Assembly: GCA_964474435.1 (NCBI GenBank) | Contig: CAYYSI010000001.1 | Coordinates: forward strand, 270,835-334,834 | DNA length: 64,000 bases | Origin: an uncultured Candidatus Saccharibacteria bacterium | GTDB taxonomy: Bacteria > Patescibacteriota > Minisyncoccia > Phycocordibacterales > UBA9973 | Reading direction: 5' to 3' | In this document: positions 29,636 through 41,333 of the stretch, piece after piece | Numbering within the stretch: the stretch's first letter is position 1 | Layout of the letters: each line of letters opens with the position of its first letter | The notes under the pieces: generated by a model | The model's input: the letters and a program-made list of their open reading frames with translations, nothing else | What the model was told of the DNA's origin: nothing | The model's database searches: none | Translations under genes and position numbers: made by a program

Positions 29636-31093
29636 TTAGATAACCTTTTGTATTCGCACAAGCGTGGCGTCTTTGCCCAGGATCGATGCGAGCTCAAACG
29701 GGTCTGGAGACTTCTCTCGCCCAGATAATGCGACACGGAGTGGCCACAATACATTTCCTTTCCCAATTTCTTCGGCATACGGCGTCAGCTGTGCCTTGAT
29801 ACCATCGACTGTCCAGTCAGTCACGCCATCGAGTATTTCTTTTGTCTTTGTGAGATGGATTTTTGCATTCTCGAGTGTGTCTGTTTTCCATACGAGCATC
29901 TTTTCATCGATGACTGGTTCTTTGAAAAAATAATCAAACTCGCCCACCGTTGATCCATCAGCTCGCCCAAAGAAAAGTTGCATATCAGAGAACTTCACCA
30001 TGCGCTCACGAATAAGAGGTTCAAGTTTCTTGAGAATTTCGTGATTCTCCGGAACATTTTCAACAATACTTCCAAACAGTCCGTGGTGTGCGTACTCCCA
30101 AAATTCTGCTTGAGAGAGTTTTTTCATGTGCTCTCGATTGAACCAATCAAGCTTTGCAACATTAAACCCACCTCCACTGCGATGAATACGCGCAATATCA
30201 AATGCATCGATAAATTCTTGTGCAGTCATGACTTCTTGTTCAGTACCCGGATTCCAACCGATAAATACAAGGAAGTTCAACATTGCCTGTGGCAGATATC
30301 CTTCAGCCTTATAGTCGAGTATGTCTTTTGCGCCATCACGCTTGCCGAGTTTTTTCTTTCCATCTGGTGCCATGATCGGCGGAAGCGTTGCCATCAATGG
30401 TGGAGTTATCTCGAGTGCTTCATAGAGAGCAAGAAACTTTGGTGTTGAAGCGATAAATTCATCTGCTCGCATGATATGCGTCACCCCCATTTCCAGATCA
30501 TCAATAATATGTGAGAGATTGTAGGTTGGATACCCATCACTCTTTATCAGAATAAAATCATCCAGTGCCTCAGGTCCGGCCGAAAGATCTCCGTAGACCA
30601 GATCATTCCACTCTGTTGTTTTTATATCAGTGACTTTGAAACGAAGCGGCTGCGTACCATCCCATACAGGAGGATTCTCGGGACGATGATCGCGAAAGAG
30701 AAATGGTCGCTTTTCTGTCTGTGCTTTTAAGCGAAATGCTTCAACCTCTTCAGGAGTATAGGGGTCAGCATATGCAAGTCCTTTGTCGACAAGTTGCTGT
30801 GCGTATTTTTTGTATGAAGCAAGACGTTCTGATTGCAGGTACGGTGCATGGGGCCCGCCGATATCCACACCTTCATCCCACGTGATACCAACCCATCGCA
30901 ATGAATCAATAATATGCTGAATTGAACCTTCTACTTCGCGAGCCTTGTCGGTATCTTCGATACGTAAAATAAATGTTCCGCCCTGCTGTCGTGCAAATGC
31001 CCACGCAAATAATGCGGTACGAACTCCTCCAATATGAAGAAACCCTGTCGGGCTCGGTGCAAAGCGTGTGACGACTTTTTGAAGAGATTGCAT
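29636..31093 (-). CDS. gltX: Glutamate--tRNA ligase
   Basis: RFAPSPTGFLHIGG, LRIEDTD, KSDGYPTY, KLGKR. Confidence 0.96.
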   Translation of the reverse strand: MQSLQKVVTRFAPSPTGFLHIGGVRTALFAWAFARQQGGTFILRIEDTDKAREVEGSIQHIIDSLRWVGITWDEGVDIGGPHAPYLQSERLASYKKYAQQLVDKGLAYADPYTPEEVEAFRLKAQTEKRPFLFRDHRPENPPVWDGTQPLRFKVTDIKTTEWNDLVYGDLSAGPEALDDFILIKSDGYPTYNLSHIIDDLEMGVTHIMRADEFIASTPKFLALYEALEITPPLMATLPPIMAPDGKKKLGKRDGAKDILDYKAEGYLPQAMLNFLVFIGWNPGTEQEVMTAQEFIDAFDIARIHRSGGGFNVAKLDWFNREHMKKLSQAEFWEYAHHGLFGSIVENVPENHEILKKLEPLIRERMVKFSDMQLFFGRADGSTVGEFDYFFKEPVIDEKMLVWKTDTLENAKIHLTKTKEILDGVTDWTVDGIKAQLTPYAEEIGKGNVLWPLRVALSGREKSPDPFELASILGKDATLVRIQKVI

Positions 31094-31166
31094 GCATGCA
31101 TCCTAGCAAAAAAACCCTTTGTTGACAAAGGATTGATTTGTTATAGGATTCGTTAAAACAGTCAGT

Positions 31167-31430
31167 ATGGTAGCACTCGTTACATATCTTCTCGGTCTTT
31201 GCTTTCTGATAAATGCAGCATATGAGGGTGGTATAACAATACTCTTTAGGGGTAAAGAATTGGGTCAACGTTTTGATATAGCTATATCTCTCCTTCTCGC
31301 CTCTTCAGGTTTTGTTATTACATACATATATGGATTTCATTATTTTCATAACGAAATATTTCCTGCAACATTTTTTCTTTACTCAGTGACTGCTGTGTAC
31401 AGCGGAACAAGAAATTACTTTGCCAGATAG
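31167..31430 (+). CDS. Small orphan membrane protein
   Basis: Three hydrophobic segments; TTGACA-16-TAGGAT upstream. Confidence 0.55.
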   Translation: MVALVTYLLGLCFLINAAYEGGITILFRGKELGQRFDIAISLLLASSGFVITYIYGFHYFHNEIFPATFFLYSVTAVYSGTRNYFAR

Positions 31431-31460
31431 CAATCGCATGCAAACCCAGCATGCGATTTT

Positions 31461-32198
31461 TTATTTCCCCCTACTCCACTCATACATCACCACTGATGTC
31501 GCAACAGAGGCATTCAATGATTCGCATCCTGGCTGCATTGGGATCGAGAGTGTGACGTCGCAGAGCTCGAGTGTCTTTTCACGAATACCAGTGGACTCGT
31601 TACCAACCACAAAAAGTGTTGGCGTATCAAAAACCGTTTCCTTGAGCACTTGCGTGCCTTCCATCACGAGTCCGTACACCCACATGCGCTTTTCTTTGAA
31701 CGTTCTGATCGTTTGGTTCACATTCCCAATACGCACGATAGGTATACGAAATGCCATACCGGCAGAAGTCTTGATGACGGTACCAGTGATTGGAGATTGG
31801 TTGTGCTCAGGCATGAGGATTGCACTTGCACCAAATGCAGCTGCGGAGCGAATAATCGCACCGACATTGTGCGGATCTTGGAGCTCGTCGAGCAATACAA
31901 AACATGGATTTGTATCACCATCGAGCAGACCGATCACTTCATCAAAATCCGTATACAGCTTCTCAGGATTGATGACACCTATCACCCCTTGGTGGACTGC
32001 ATCATCCCCCACTTTCTTGCCAGCATCCGCGGTTTTCATACTACTCACCCCAATATTATTTTTCTTCAATAGTTCTGTAAGCTCATTATCAGCAGATGCA
32101 TTGGCATCCAAGAACACCTTTGACACTGCACTCGGACGCGCCAAAAGCGCCTCCCGGAGGGCGTGTTTGCCGTATAAGTAAATCTTGTCTTCTTTCAT
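31461..32198 (-). CDS. rlmB: 23S rRNA Gm2251 methyltransferase (SPOUT)
   Basis: YGKHALREAL, HQGV, QDPHNVGAIIRSA, GNESTG, ESLNASVA. Confidence 0.92.
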   Translation of the reverse strand: MKEDKIYLYGKHALREALLARPSAVSKVFLDANASADNELTELLKKNNIGVSSMKTADAGKKVGDDAVHQGVIGVINPEKLYTDFDEVIGLLDGDTNPCFVLLDELQDPHNVGAIIRSAAAFGASAILMPEHNQSPITGTVIKTSAGMAFRIPIVRIGNVNQTIRTFKEKRMWVYGLVMEGTQVLKETVFDTPTLFVVGNESTGIREKTLELCDVTLSIPMQPGCESLNASVATSVVMYEWSRGK

Positions 32199-32299
32199 AG
32201 TTTTCAAAATACCACGTTTTGACCATTCAGTAAAGTATGCTATCCTCTGCTTAGTACAGAAATGTACTAAATTAATCATAACCATTACATCAAAACCAT

Positions 32300-32821
32300 A
32301 TGAATCAATTTATTTTAATTATTAATGGCCCTATGGTAGGAGGTAAAACTTCTGCTGTCGAAGTCATTATGAACCAGTACAAAAAGATCTTTCGAGTCTC
32401 ACCCAACAAGATCAAATTTTTAATATCAGATTATACACCGGATCGCGATCGCCTACTTGTCCATACTTCTACCCTACTCGTTGCAGAAAAGATGCTTGAG
32501 GGAGGAATGTCTCTCCTAATTGAAGGAGGTTCAGTGATGCAAGGTAGCCTCAATGATGAAATCAAAAAGCTTGGAGAAAAGCGCGGTATAAAAGTAACTA
32601 CCGTCAATATTGAAGCTCCTCTAGAAGCACTCAAGAAACGATTTGATGAAAGAGTGATGAATTCGATCACTCGCGGAACAAAGATTTCAGTGACCGATGA
32701 AGAAGACTTTATGAAGCGATATGATGCGTATCTCAAAATACGTGATCAAGCAGAAAAAACATTCGACTCAAATACTCAAAACCCTGGTGACATCGCAAAA
32801 CAAATCATGACGCTCGTATAA
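32300..32821 (+). CDS. P-loop kinase-like (AAA_33) protein
   Basis: IIINGPMVGGKTS Walker A; nucleotide-kinase-like size. Confidence 0.75.
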   Translation: MNQFILIINGPMVGGKTSAVEVIMNQYKKIFRVSPNKIKFLISDYTPDRDRLLVHTSTLLVAEKMLEGGMSLLIEGGSVMQGSLNDEIKKLGEKRGIKVTTVNIEAPLEALKKRFDERVMNSITRGTKISVTDEEDFMKRYDAYLKIRDQAEKTFDSNTQNPGDIAKQIMTLV

Positions 32822-32849
32822 AAAAATCTCCCCAGTTGGGGAGATTTTT
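32821..32849. terminator. Bidirectional intrinsic terminator
   Basis: aaaaaatctcccca-gt-tggggagatttt between convergent genes. Confidence 0.75.
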
Positions 32850-32851
32850 AA

Positions 32852-33748
32852 TCAGACGGTAATACCTAATCCTTTTAATATTCTTTCAACAATTTCAGGC
32901 GGAACTTCAAGATCACCAAGTTTTTCAAGATAAAAAGGAAGATACAATTCTTTGAGTTTTGGGCCAGTCTTTGAGAGACATCCATGCCAATCACTACCTG
33001 CTGAAATCAAAAGATTGTATTTTTCTACCAGCGTAAGTGCAAACTCTGTATCTTCTGGTGAATGACCTGTTCCATAACACTCAATCCCATCCATTCCCTG
33101 GTGTTTAAATTCAGCAATTATTTTCTCCTGTTCTTCTTTGTCAGGAGATATAACTTTTAGAGAAATCAACGGAGCAAGAGGGTGACTAAAGAACGCCTTG
33201 CCACCTGCCTTATGGATGACTGCAAATGCATCCTTGGGTTCAATCGTTGGTGCTGCATCCGGAAGACCACGAAGATAGACAAATCCATCATTTCTTCCTT
33301 CTACAATTCCCTCTTCGTGTAAGAAAAGTGCTATTCCAGGAATGCTGTAGTATTTAGGATCCTTGTCTGTAAAATGCTCAGGGATAATTTCTGATTTTCC
33401 ATCAGCGATCAGAATTCCATTAATCTCAGGAATGAGACTTGTGAAATGCTTTTTGCGATATTCATTAATTCCATCAAGAAAAGTTGTCAGCTCTTTGTTG
33501 GTGGGATTAATATTGTACCCAAGAATATGGATTGGTTGACCGCGATATCCGGTACTAATCTCAACTCCCGGAATAACTCTTATGGCAACTTTTTCAGCTT
33601 CAGTCGTAGCTATAGGTATAGCTGAAACAATGTCATGATCGGTAACAGAGATAATATCTAAATCCCCCGCTTTTGCATCAAGAATTATTTGTTTTGGTGT
33701 CTCACGTCCATCTGAATGGTCTGTGTGAATTTGTAGATCAATTTTCAT
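32852..33748 (-). CDS. PHP-domain phosphoesterase (TrpH/YciV-like)
   Basis: DLQIHTDHSDG, VTDHD, PGVEIS, HILGY, SHP, GSDWHG. Confidence 0.9.
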   Translation of the reverse strand: MKIDLQIHTDHSDGRETPKQIILDAKAGDLDIISVTDHDIVSAIPIATTEAEKVAIRVIPGVEISTGYRGQPIHILGYNINPTNKELTTFLDGINEYRKKHFTSLIPEINGILIADGKSEIIPEHFTDKDPKYYSIPGIALFLHEEGIVEGRNDGFVYLRGLPDAAPTIEPKDAFAVIHKAGGKAFFSHPLAPLISLKVISPDKEEQEKIIAEFKHQGMDGIECYGTGHSPEDTEFALTLVEKYNLLISAGSDWHGCLSKTGPKLKELYLPFYLEKLGDLEVPPEIVERILKGLGITV

Positions 33749-33966
33749 ATTGTTTATTTTTGTTGAGACTTTACTATAAAAATAGATTCTGTAAATAGAT
33801 ATTCCTTATTTCTGAATATCAGTAATGTCCTGCATGATACCAGAAAATCTGGTTACTACGCCTGCCATAATGCTCCTTATACACCAAAAGTCCTTTCACC
33901 GAATGACGCTTCCTATTATATATGGTAGCACAAAGCAAAAATCCCCGTGAAGGGATTTTTGCTTTG

Positions 33967-34049
33967 TGCGCCGGGCAGGATTTGAACCTGCGTAGCCCGA
34001 AGGCGTCAGATTTACAGTCTGATGTAATTGACCACTCTACCACCGACGC
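33967..34049 (-). tRNA. tRNA-Tyr(GTA)
   Basis: Reverse complement GCGTCGG...TCAGA-CTGTAAA-TCTGA, long variable arm, GGTTCAAATCC. Confidence 0.95.
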
Positions 34050-34080
34050 GTGCCTCCCCTAAGGGAGGTTGTGAAGCAGA

Positions 34081-36774
34081 TTAGGAAATAATTTTTTCTT
34101 TCTTCTGCCCCGTAAAAGAACTGATGCGCTTCTTTTTTGATGTGGTGGTAATGACAACGTCATCCCCATTCATCGAAACGCCCACACTATCACCTTCCCC
34201 GATTGTTCGAGCGATGATTCGTGTTGCAATCGGATTCAAGATCTTTGTCTGAATGAGCCGATTGAGGGGCCGAGCCCCGTAGTGTGGATTATATCCGACA
34301 CGTGCCAGATATGAAAGCGCATCATCTCCAATTGTTACCGTAATACCCTTGTCTTGTAGACGAGCAAGGACAATATCGGTACGCAATCGGACGATATCTT
34401 TGATAACTGCCTGGGACAGAATATCAAACACTACGATTTCGTCAATGCGGTTGAGGAACTCTGGCCTGAAATAATCCTTGAGCGCTCCCTCTACTTTTTC
34501 TTTCATGTGCGTATATTCGCCTTCTTCGGTGTGCGTGTGAAATCCTATTGTCTCCATCTTTTCGATAAATTGGGATCCAATATTTGACGTCATGATGATG
34601 ACGGTATTTTTGAAGTTCACAAGTCTGCCCTTTGCATCGCGCAAGTGACCTTCATCGAGTACTTGGAGCAATACATTGAACACTTCTGGATGCGCCTTTT
34701 CAACTTCATCAAAGAGTACCACCGAGTATGGTCGGTGACGCACACTTTCGGTGAGCTGTCCTGCTTCGTCATGTCCGACATAGCCTGGAGGTGAACCGAT
34801 AAGTTTGGATACACTGTGACGTTCCATGTATTCACTCATGTCGACGCGGATCAATGCCTTGTCATCGTTGAACATAAACTCGGCGAGCGTTTTGGTGAGC
34901 TCAGTTTTCCCAACACCTGTTGGTCCAAGGAAAAGGAATGAGCCAATCGGACGATTCGGGTCTCCGATACCTGCACGATTGCGACGGATGACATTTGCAA
35001 TCTTTTCGATTGCTTCGTTTTGTCCGACGACACGCTTGTTGAGTTCTGCTTCCATGTGCACCAGCTTTTCTCGTTCTTCTTCGAGCATTTTGGTGAGTGG
35101 CACCCCAGTCCATCGCGCGACAACTTCAGCAATGTCTTCTTGAGTAATTTCTTCTTTGAGCACGCGGCGGATTCTTTGGAGTTTCTTGAGCTTCGCAGCC
35201 TTTGTTTCAAGTTCTTTTTGAAGCATTGGGATATGTCCGTATCTGATCTCTGCAGCTCGTCCGAGGTCTGCACGGTTCTCAGCTCCTTCTGCTTCGAGGC
35301 GAAGTGTCTCAAGGTCTTTTTTGATCTTGCCGATATCTTGGAGTGTTGATTTCTCGCCTTTCCATTTCATCTCGAGTTCCTTTGTCTTTTCATTCACATT
35401 GGCAATCTCGAGTTCAATATCTTTGATACGATCTTTGGCAACTTTGACACCACTTTCGGCTTCGATATCTTTGCGAAGTGCTTCGCGCTCGATCTCGAGT
35501 CGCATGATTTTGCGATGCGCCTCTTCGAGTACTGCAGGCTTGTTTTCAAGTGTCATGCGAAGTGCAGAGGATGCTTCATCGAGGAGGTCGATCGCCTTGT
35601 CCGGAAGGAATCGGTTGGTGATGTAGCGAGTCGAGAGTGTGACTGCTGCAACGATTGCATCATCAGTGATGTGCACTCCGTGATAGAGCTCATACTTTTC
35701 TTTGAGTCCGCGCAGTATTGCGATCGTGTCTTCGGGTGTTGGTTCTTCGACAAACACTGGTTGGAAACGTCGCGCGAGTGCTGCATCTTTTTCAATATAC
35801 TTTTGGTATTCCTTGAGTGTCGTTGCACCGATCGCACGGAGCTCTCCACGAGCGAGTGCAGGCTTGAGTAGTTGTGCGAAGTCTCCCACACCTTCGTTTG
35901 CGCCAGCTCCAACGATGTTGTGAATCTCATCGATAAAGAGAATTATTTTTCCTTCTGCGCGTTCAACTTCCTTGAGAATATTTTTGACACGCTCTTCGAA
36001 CTCTCCACGGTACTTCGTCCCCGCAAGGAGCGAGCCAATGTCGAGTGAGACGATTTCTTTGTCCTTGAGGCTCTCTGATACATCGCCTTTGGCAATACGG
36101 TTTGCGAGTCCTTCGATGACTGCAGTCTTGCCCGTACCTGGTTCTCCGAGCAATATCGGATTGTTCTTGGTGCGACGTGAGAGGATCTGCATGATGCGCA
36201 TGATTTCGCTATCGCGCCCAATCACTGGGTCGAGTTTGTCTTCGCGTGCGAGCGTTGTGAGGTTGCGTGTGAACTTTGCAATCATCCGCATTTTTTTGTT
36301 CGCCCCCGTGTCACTCGTTTTGTTGGTGCGGTATTCGAGTACTGCAGTGATGAGTGCTTCGCGATCGATCTTGAAACGGTTGAGGAGCTCAGTTGCCTGA
36401 TTGTTCACATCAAAGAGCGCAATAAAGAGGTGTTCTGTTGAAACGAAATTATCTTTCATTTCTGCGGCAACCTTGAGTGAGATCTCGATCACTTGCGCGA
36501 GATCGGCAGTGAGGAACATCTGGTACGACGGTGCAACAGTTGTTGACCCTTCTGCGCTTTCAATCCCTTCGAGGACTGAGTCCGTCAAAAGCATGGTGTC
36601 GACATCGAGTCGCTCCAGCAATGTAATAATATTTGATTCTTCTTGGACGAGGAGTGCAGTCAGCAAGTGGAGCGAGCTCACACTGTTTTGACCACGTTCG
36701 ATCGCAAGCTCATGGGCACGCTTGATCGTCTCCTTGGCCTTGGTGGTGAATTGGTTGAGTGGTGGGATTTGCAT
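34081..36774 (-). CDS. clpB: ClpB chaperone
   Basis: Clp N domain, GEPGTGKT, long middle coiled coil, [18 protein letters not shown]. Confidence 0.93.
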   Translation of the reverse strand: MQIPPLNQFTTKAKETIKRAHELAIERGQNSVSSLHLLTALLVQEESNIITLLERLDVDTMLLTDSVLEGIESAEGSTTVAPSYQMFLTADLAQVIEISLKVAAEMKDNFVSTEHLFIALFDVNNQATELLNRFKIDREALITAVLEYRTNKTSDTGANKKMRMIAKFTRNLTTLAREDKLDPVIGRDSEIMRIMQILSRRTKNNPILLGEPGTGKTAVIEGLANRIAKGDVSESLKDKEIVSLDIGSLLAGTKYRGEFEERVKNILKEVERAEGKIILFIDEIHNIVGAGANEGVGDFAQLLKPALARGELRAIGATTLKEYQKYIEKDAALARRFQPVFVEEPTPEDTIAILRGLKEKYELYHGVHITDDAIVAAVTLSTRYITNRFLPDKAIDLLDEASSALRMTLENKPAVLEEAHRKIMRLEIEREALRKDIEAESGVKVAKDRIKDIELEIANVNEKTKELEMKWKGEKSTLQDIGKIKKDLETLRLEAEGAENRADLGRAAEIRYGHIPMLQKELETKAAKLKKLQRIRRVLKEEITQEDIAEVVARWTGVPLTKMLEEEREKLVHMEAELNKRVVGQNEAIEKIANVIRRNRAGIGDPNRPIGSFLFLGPTGVGKTELTKTLAEFMFNDDKALIRVDMSEYMERHSVSKLIGSPPGYVGHDEAGQLTESVRHRPYSVVLFDEVEKAHPEVFNVLLQVLDEGHLRDAKGRLVNFKNTVIIMTSNIGSQFIEKMETIGFHTHTEEGEYTHMKEKVEGALKDYFRPEFLNRIDEIVVFDILSQAVIKDIVRLRTDIVLARLQDKGITVTIGDDALSYLARVGYNPHYGARPLNRLIQTKILNPIATRIIARTIGEGDSVGVSMNGDDVVITTTSKKKRISSFTGQKKEKIIS

Positions 36775-36981
36775 TATAAAACGTAAACTAAATTACAATA
36801 AAAGACGAGAAGTTCAGCCAAGCAGCGTGGTCGGAAATCAGAAGGTCTGTAGTAATACCACTATAGCATAAAAGTCAACCCGGCAGTAGATCTTGACAGG
36901 AGTCAAGGCTCACTGCCGGGTCAAGGGTTTTCTAATATAAAAAACCTCGACAAAAGCCGGGGTTTTAATTTTTTAATTCAT

Positions 36982-37320
36982 TTACAACAAGAAGTTTTGA
37001 AAAGATCTAATGACATTTTCAATTGATTCGTTAAGTACAGAATAACTTTGATTGCATTCAATTTTTTGTATTGCAATATGGGATTGAATCTCTGTAAACT
37101 CCCCTAAAAATTTTTTAAGCTCTGACTGATCTACTTCAAGTATGTTTTCTGAACAAAACTTATTTGATAAATCACGAGCCTTCTGTCGTATATCTTTCTT
37201 GTTGATTATAAACGAGCGTATATCACCACCAATCTTTTTTGAGTGATATGAGATTCTGTCGAGATGCATATGAATATCTACCCATATAGCATCCTTATCT
37301 ATAATTTTTTCTCCGAGCAT
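36982..37320 (-). CDS. Hypothetical AT-rich orphan protein
   Basis: ORF following cysteine desulfurase. Confidence 0.55.
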   Translation of the reverse strand: MLGEKIIDKDAIWVDIHMHLDRISYHSKKIGGDIRSFIINKKDIRQKARDLSNKFCSENILEVDQSELKKFLGEFTEIQSHIAIQKIECNQSYSVLNESIENVIRSFQNFLL

Positions 37321-37349
37321 AACTTTTAATTTTGTTTGCTCAAATAATA

Positions 37350-38549
37350 CTATATTAATTTATATTTGTCAATTATTTTCTTCAAAGCCCTTACCGCTTT
37401 ATCCAAATCTCCACTCTTAGTGTGTCTCCCAAATGAAAACCGCACTGCTCCCCAGCCTTTGCCATACATACTTTCTACGATCTGGAATTCTTGATCTTCC
37501 TCATTTTTGCATGCGCTTTTTGCTGACACGGCGATTCCCTTTGCATCCAGTTCGATCACGAGCAGTTCACTATCGAAATCTTTGATGGCAACGTGTGTTA
37601 TATGTGGCGTGCGTTCTTGATCACGAGATGTAATGATTGCTTCGGGAATTTCTTTTTCTATTGCTTCTTCAAAATACTTTTGCAATTCTTTTACTCGTTC
37701 TGTTTCCTTTATGTCTTGTGCGTATTTCAGGGCGTGTGCGAATGCATGTATGAGTTCAAGTGACTCAGTCCCCGGACGCAATCCAAATTCTTGTCCCCCA
37801 CCTCGCATGAGCGGTAGTAGTGTGACGCCTCTCTTTTTATAGAGCATTCCAACACCTTTGTGCGTATAGAGTTTCGTCGCACCCAGTGTCATAAGGTCGA
37901 CTCCGAGCTGATCTACACGCAAGTTGAAATAAAGCGGTGCTTGTGTCGCGTCAGTATGAAAAATGATTTTTACTTCTGGATTATCTTTCCTGAGTTTGCG
38001 AATGCGTTTTGCAATTTCTTTGATTGGCTGCACGGTGCCGATCTCATTGTTCACATACATGATCGAGACGATCACTACTTTTGCATTCTCAGGAATCATG
38101 ATGAGTTTGGGATCAATGACTCCGGTGTCTGTTGGGATGGTCACGGTGAATATTCCTGCGTCTCTATACGCTGCTATGGACTCAATCACTGCCGCATGCT
38201 CGAGACTACTTGTCACAACTGCGATTTCTTCGGGCGCAATACCGTCTGCAACAAATGCACTGATCAACCCTTGGATCGCGAGGTTGTCGCTCTCCGTCGC
38301 ACCACTTGTAAAAATGACTTCGTCAGTCTGTGCATGGAGTATTGACGCAACCATTGCACGATTTTTATTCAATACCTGCCGCGCTTCGACTCCTTCTTTG
38401 TGTAATGCGCTTGGATTTGCGGCAAGTATACGTCTACTGATCCGAGGGAGCGATTTCAGCATGTTTGTATCAAGCGGTGTGCTCGAAGCATAGTCCAAAT
38501 AGACTCTGTGGCGATTTTTGAGATACGTCTTGAAATGCTTGAAAAACAT
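37350..38549 (-). CDS. Cysteine desulfurase (IscS/NifS group I)
   Basis: YLDYASST, FTSGATES, NNEIG, HTDATQ, PLP Lys (ATKLY), GGGQE..RPGT, SAC. Confidence 0.9.
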   Translation of the reverse strand: MFFKHFKTYLKNRHRVYLDYASSTPLDTNMLKSLPRISRRILAANPSALHKEGVEARQVLNKNRAMVASILHAQTDEVIFTSGATESDNLAIQGLISAFVADGIAPEEIAVVTSSLEHAAVIESIAAYRDAGIFTVTIPTDTGVIDPKLIMIPENAKVVIVSIMYVNNEIGTVQPIKEIAKRIRKLRKDNPEVKIIFHTDATQAPLYFNLRVDQLGVDLMTLGATKLYTHKGVGMLYKKRGVTLLPLMRGGGQEFGLRPGTESLELIHAFAHALKYAQDIKETERVKELQKYFEEAIEKEIPEAIITSRDQERTPHITHVAIKDFDSELLVIELDAKGIAVSAKSACKNEEDQEFQIVESMYGKGWGAVRFSFGRHTKSGDLDKAVRALKKIIDKYKLI

Positions 38550-38572
38550 AGAAAAATCAGTATAATAGCGTG

Positions 38573-39046
38573 ATGCTAGGAAGTATACCACCCATTCTCC
38601 TTATCATTATCGCAGCCCTCTTGGTCACTTGTATTTGTAGTGTTGTCGCAATCGTTCGCATCCAGCAGAAGCTCCGGGCATTCATGAAAGGTAAAGACGG
38701 TGCATCCCTTGAGGCTACCCTTGCCTGGCTCACGCAGAAATCCGCAACAGTCGACATGACTCTCGAAGCACACAAAGAAGCCCTCGAGATGATCGACGCG
38801 CGGGTCAAACGAAGTATCCGCGGATACTCATTGGTGCGATACGATGCATACGAGAGCGCTGGTGGCGAACAAAGCTTTGCATCAGGACTGATCGACGAAC
38901 ACGAGGATGGCTACATTCTTTCTGTCATCACCAACCGCAGCCACATTGGTGTCTATGCCAAGAAAATAAATCGCGGCATTCCCGAAGTATCGCTCACAAC
39001 ACAAGAAACCGACGCACTCAACGCCGCAAAGAAATCCCTAAAATAA
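38573..39046 (+). CDS. DUF4446 family protein
   Basis: TM, coiled coil, VRYDAYE..GGEQSF, YAKKI. Confidence 0.8.
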   Translation: MLGSIPPILLIIIAALLVTCICSVVAIVRIQQKLRAFMKGKDGASLEATLAWLTQKSATVDMTLEAHKEALEMIDARVKRSIRGYSLVRYDAYESAGGEQSFASGLIDEHEDGYILSVITNRSHIGVYAKKINRGIPEVSLTTQETDALNAAKKSLK

Positions 39047-39061
39047 ATTTAGATACACCTT

Positions 39062-40540
39062 ATGTCTACACCAACCCCTTCATCTCCAATCGTTGCCGTC
39101 ATGGGTCACATCGACCACGGCAAGTCCACGCTCCTGGATTATATCCGCAAGGCAAATGTCGCGGGCGGTGAAGCTGGTGGTATCACCCAGCACCTCTCGG
39201 CCTACGAGATCACTATTCCCTATCAAAACACCGAGCGTTCGATCACCTTCCTCGATACACCAGGACATGCGGCATTTACCGGTATGCGCGAGCGCGGCGC
39301 AGTAGCAGCTGATATTGCAATCCTCGTCGTTTCTGCCGAAGACGGTGTGAAGGCTCAGACAATCGAAGCACTCAACACGATCCGGACTGCAAACATCCCC
39401 TATATCGTCGCCATCAATAAGGTTGACCGTCCAGAAGCAAACATCGAACGCACCAAACAAATGCTCGCCGAACAAGAAGTCCTCGTCGAAGGCTATGGTG
39501 GTACGATCCCGTGGGTTGCAGTTTCTGCAATCAAAGGCACTGGCGTGACCGACCTCCTCGACACTGTGTTGCTCGTTGCCGATCTTGAAGGTATGGAAAG
39601 TGATGCAACTGCACCTATCAATGCAGTCGTCATCGAGAGCCACCTCGATGCCAAGCGTGGTATCACTGGTACACTTGTTATGAAAAGTGGCACACTTACC
39701 CAAGGTGAATTCGTCGTCGCAGGCACAGCGCTCGCCACAACGCGCATGATGGAAAATTTCCTTGGCAAACCTATCAAGTCTGCTGGACCTGGGACCCCTG
39801 TGCACCTCGTCGGCTTCGACCAGGCACCTGCAGTCGGTTCACACATTGTTGTATTTGAAAAAAAACGCGATGCAGAAAAGTATATCGAGTCGCTCGACAA
39901 AGTAGGAGCCGCGGATGCAACCATGATCGGCTCTGCCCAAAAGGTCGTCCCCCTCATTATCAAGACTGACGTATACGGCACCGCCGAAGCAATCGAACGA
40001 GAGATTTCAAAAATCGCTGTCGAAGGACTCTATGTCAAAATCATCCAAAAAGGTGTGGGTGTGATCAGCGAGAGCGACATCCGCATGGCACAGTCTGACA
40101 AGGACTCCATCATTCTTGGATTCAATGTCGGCATGGACAGTCGTGCGCGTGACCTCAATGAACAAGTGGGTGCAACTGTTGAAACATTCGACATCATCTA
40201 CAAACTCACTGAATGGCTCGCCATCGAACTCGAAAAGCGTCGCCCACGTGTAGAGACTCGCACCATCATCGGCACTGCCAAGGTACTCAAAGTATTTTCA
40301 AAGACTAAAGATAAGCAAGTGATCGGCTGTCGTATCGACAGTGGCACGATCACGAGTGGTGCAAAGGTTAGCATCATTCGTCGCGACTTTGCGATCACGA
40401 GCGGGACGATCATCGAGATCCAACAAGCCAAGCAAAAGGTCAAAGAAATCACAGACGGCGAATGTGGCATGCTCGTCGAGTGTAAAAACGATATTGCCCA
40501 AGGTGACATCCTCGAAGCATTTGTGATGATGACCGTATAA
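39062..40540 (+). CDS. infB: Translation initiation factor IF-2 (N-terminally minimal)
   Basis: [28 protein letters not shown]. Confidence 0.96.
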   Translation: MSTPTPSSPIVAVMGHIDHGKSTLLDYIRKANVAGGEAGGITQHLSAYEITIPYQNTERSITFLDTPGHAAFTGMRERGAVAADIAILVVSAEDGVKAQTIEALNTIRTANIPYIVAINKVDRPEANIERTKQMLAEQEVLVEGYGGTIPWVAVSAIKGTGVTDLLDTVLLVADLEGMESDATAPINAVVIESHLDAKRGITGTLVMKSGTLTQGEFVVAGTALATTRMMENFLGKPIKSAGPGTPVHLVGFDQAPAVGSHIVVFEKKRDAEKYIESLDKVGAADATMIGSAQKVVPLIIKTDVYGTAEAIEREISKIAVEGLYVKIIQKGVGVISESDIRMAQSDKDSIILGFNVGMDSRARDLNEQVGATVETFDIIYKLTEWLAIELEKRRPRVETRTIIGTAKVLKVFSKTKDKQVIGCRIDSGTITSGAKVSIIRRDFAITSGTIIEIQQAKQKVKEITDGECGMLVECKNDIAQGDILEAFVMMTV

Positions 40541-40544
40541 CCCT

Positions 40545-40889
40545 ATGACATACGAGATGGACAGCGAGCGCAATCGCAAAATAGCAGAGCAAATCAAGGA
40601 AATCGCCGCAACATTTATTGAGCGCGAGAGCAACAAGAGCGCACTACTCACGATAACCAAAGTCGAGATTGGGGACCGTGGTCGTTCTGCGATGATCTAT
40701 TTGTCAGTGATGCCCGAAAGTGGTGAAGACTCTGCGATCAACTTCCTCAAACGCAAACGTGCCGACATGCGCGAAGCCATAAAGAAAGGTATGAAGATCC
40801 GTACGATCCCCTTTATCGATGTCCAAATTGACAAAGGGCAAAAAGCGCTCCACACTATAGAAGCTCTGCTGAAAGAAGGAGAAAAATAA
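40545..40889 (+). CDS. rbfA: Ribosome-binding factor A
   Basis: After infB; LTITKVE, IRTIPFI. Confidence 0.85.
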   Translation: MTYEMDSERNRKIAEQIKEIAATFIERESNKSALLTITKVEIGDRGRSAMIYLSVMPESGEDSAINFLKRKRADMREAIKKGMKIRTIPFIDVQIDKGQKALHTIEALLKEGEK

Positions 40890-40906
40890 GCTGTATACAA
40901 ATTTTT

Positions 40907-40978
40907 GACCTGGTGGCCAAGTGGTAAGGCGGTTCTCTGCAAAAGAACTATACGCGAGTTCGATTCTCGCCCAGGTCT
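40907..40978 (+). tRNA. tRNA-Cys(GCA)
   Basis: GACCTGG/CCAGGTC, GTTCT-CTGCAAA-AGAAC. Confidence 0.95.
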
Positions 40979-41007
40979 CCCCACCGTTTAACAACACAAT
41001 ATATTTT

Positions 41008-41090
41008 GCCCGGGTGATGGAATGGTAGACATAGAGGACTTAAAATCCTCAGACAGAAATGTCGTGTGGGTTCGAGTCCCACCCCGGGCA
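41008..41090 (+). tRNA. tRNA-Leu(TAA)
   Basis: GAGGA-CTTAAAA-TCCTC, long variable arm. Confidence 0.95.
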
Positions 41091-41152
41091 CACCGAGATA
41101 ATGCTTGAAAGAGTCTGGTATATACGGTATTATTGGCACCAGTACCTAGCGT

Positions 41153-41234
41153 GCTGGAGTGGCGGAATTGGTATACGCGCTGGTCTTAGGAACCAGTGCC
41201 GCAAGGCTTAGGAGTTCAAGTCTCCTCTCCAGCA
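41153..41234 (+). tRNA. tRNA-Leu(TAG)
   Basis: CTGGT-CTTAGGA-ACCAG, long variable arm. Confidence 0.95.
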
Positions 41235-41260
41235 CCCTGGGTATTCATTCAAAACTAATT

Positions 41261-41333
41261 GCCCCTATAGCTCAGTTGGTAGAGCAGCTCCCTCTTAAGG
41301 AGACGGTCGTAGGTTCGAATCCTACTGGGGGCA
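41261..41333 (+). tRNA. tRNA-Lys(CTT)
   Basis: CTCC-CTCTTAA-GGAG, GGTTCGAATCC. Confidence 0.95.

Noticed and set aside
36871-36926. CIRCE or CtsR box before clpB
   Set aside because: No TTAGCACTC-N9-GAGTGCTAA, and the GTCAA units lack the 3-nt CtsR spacing
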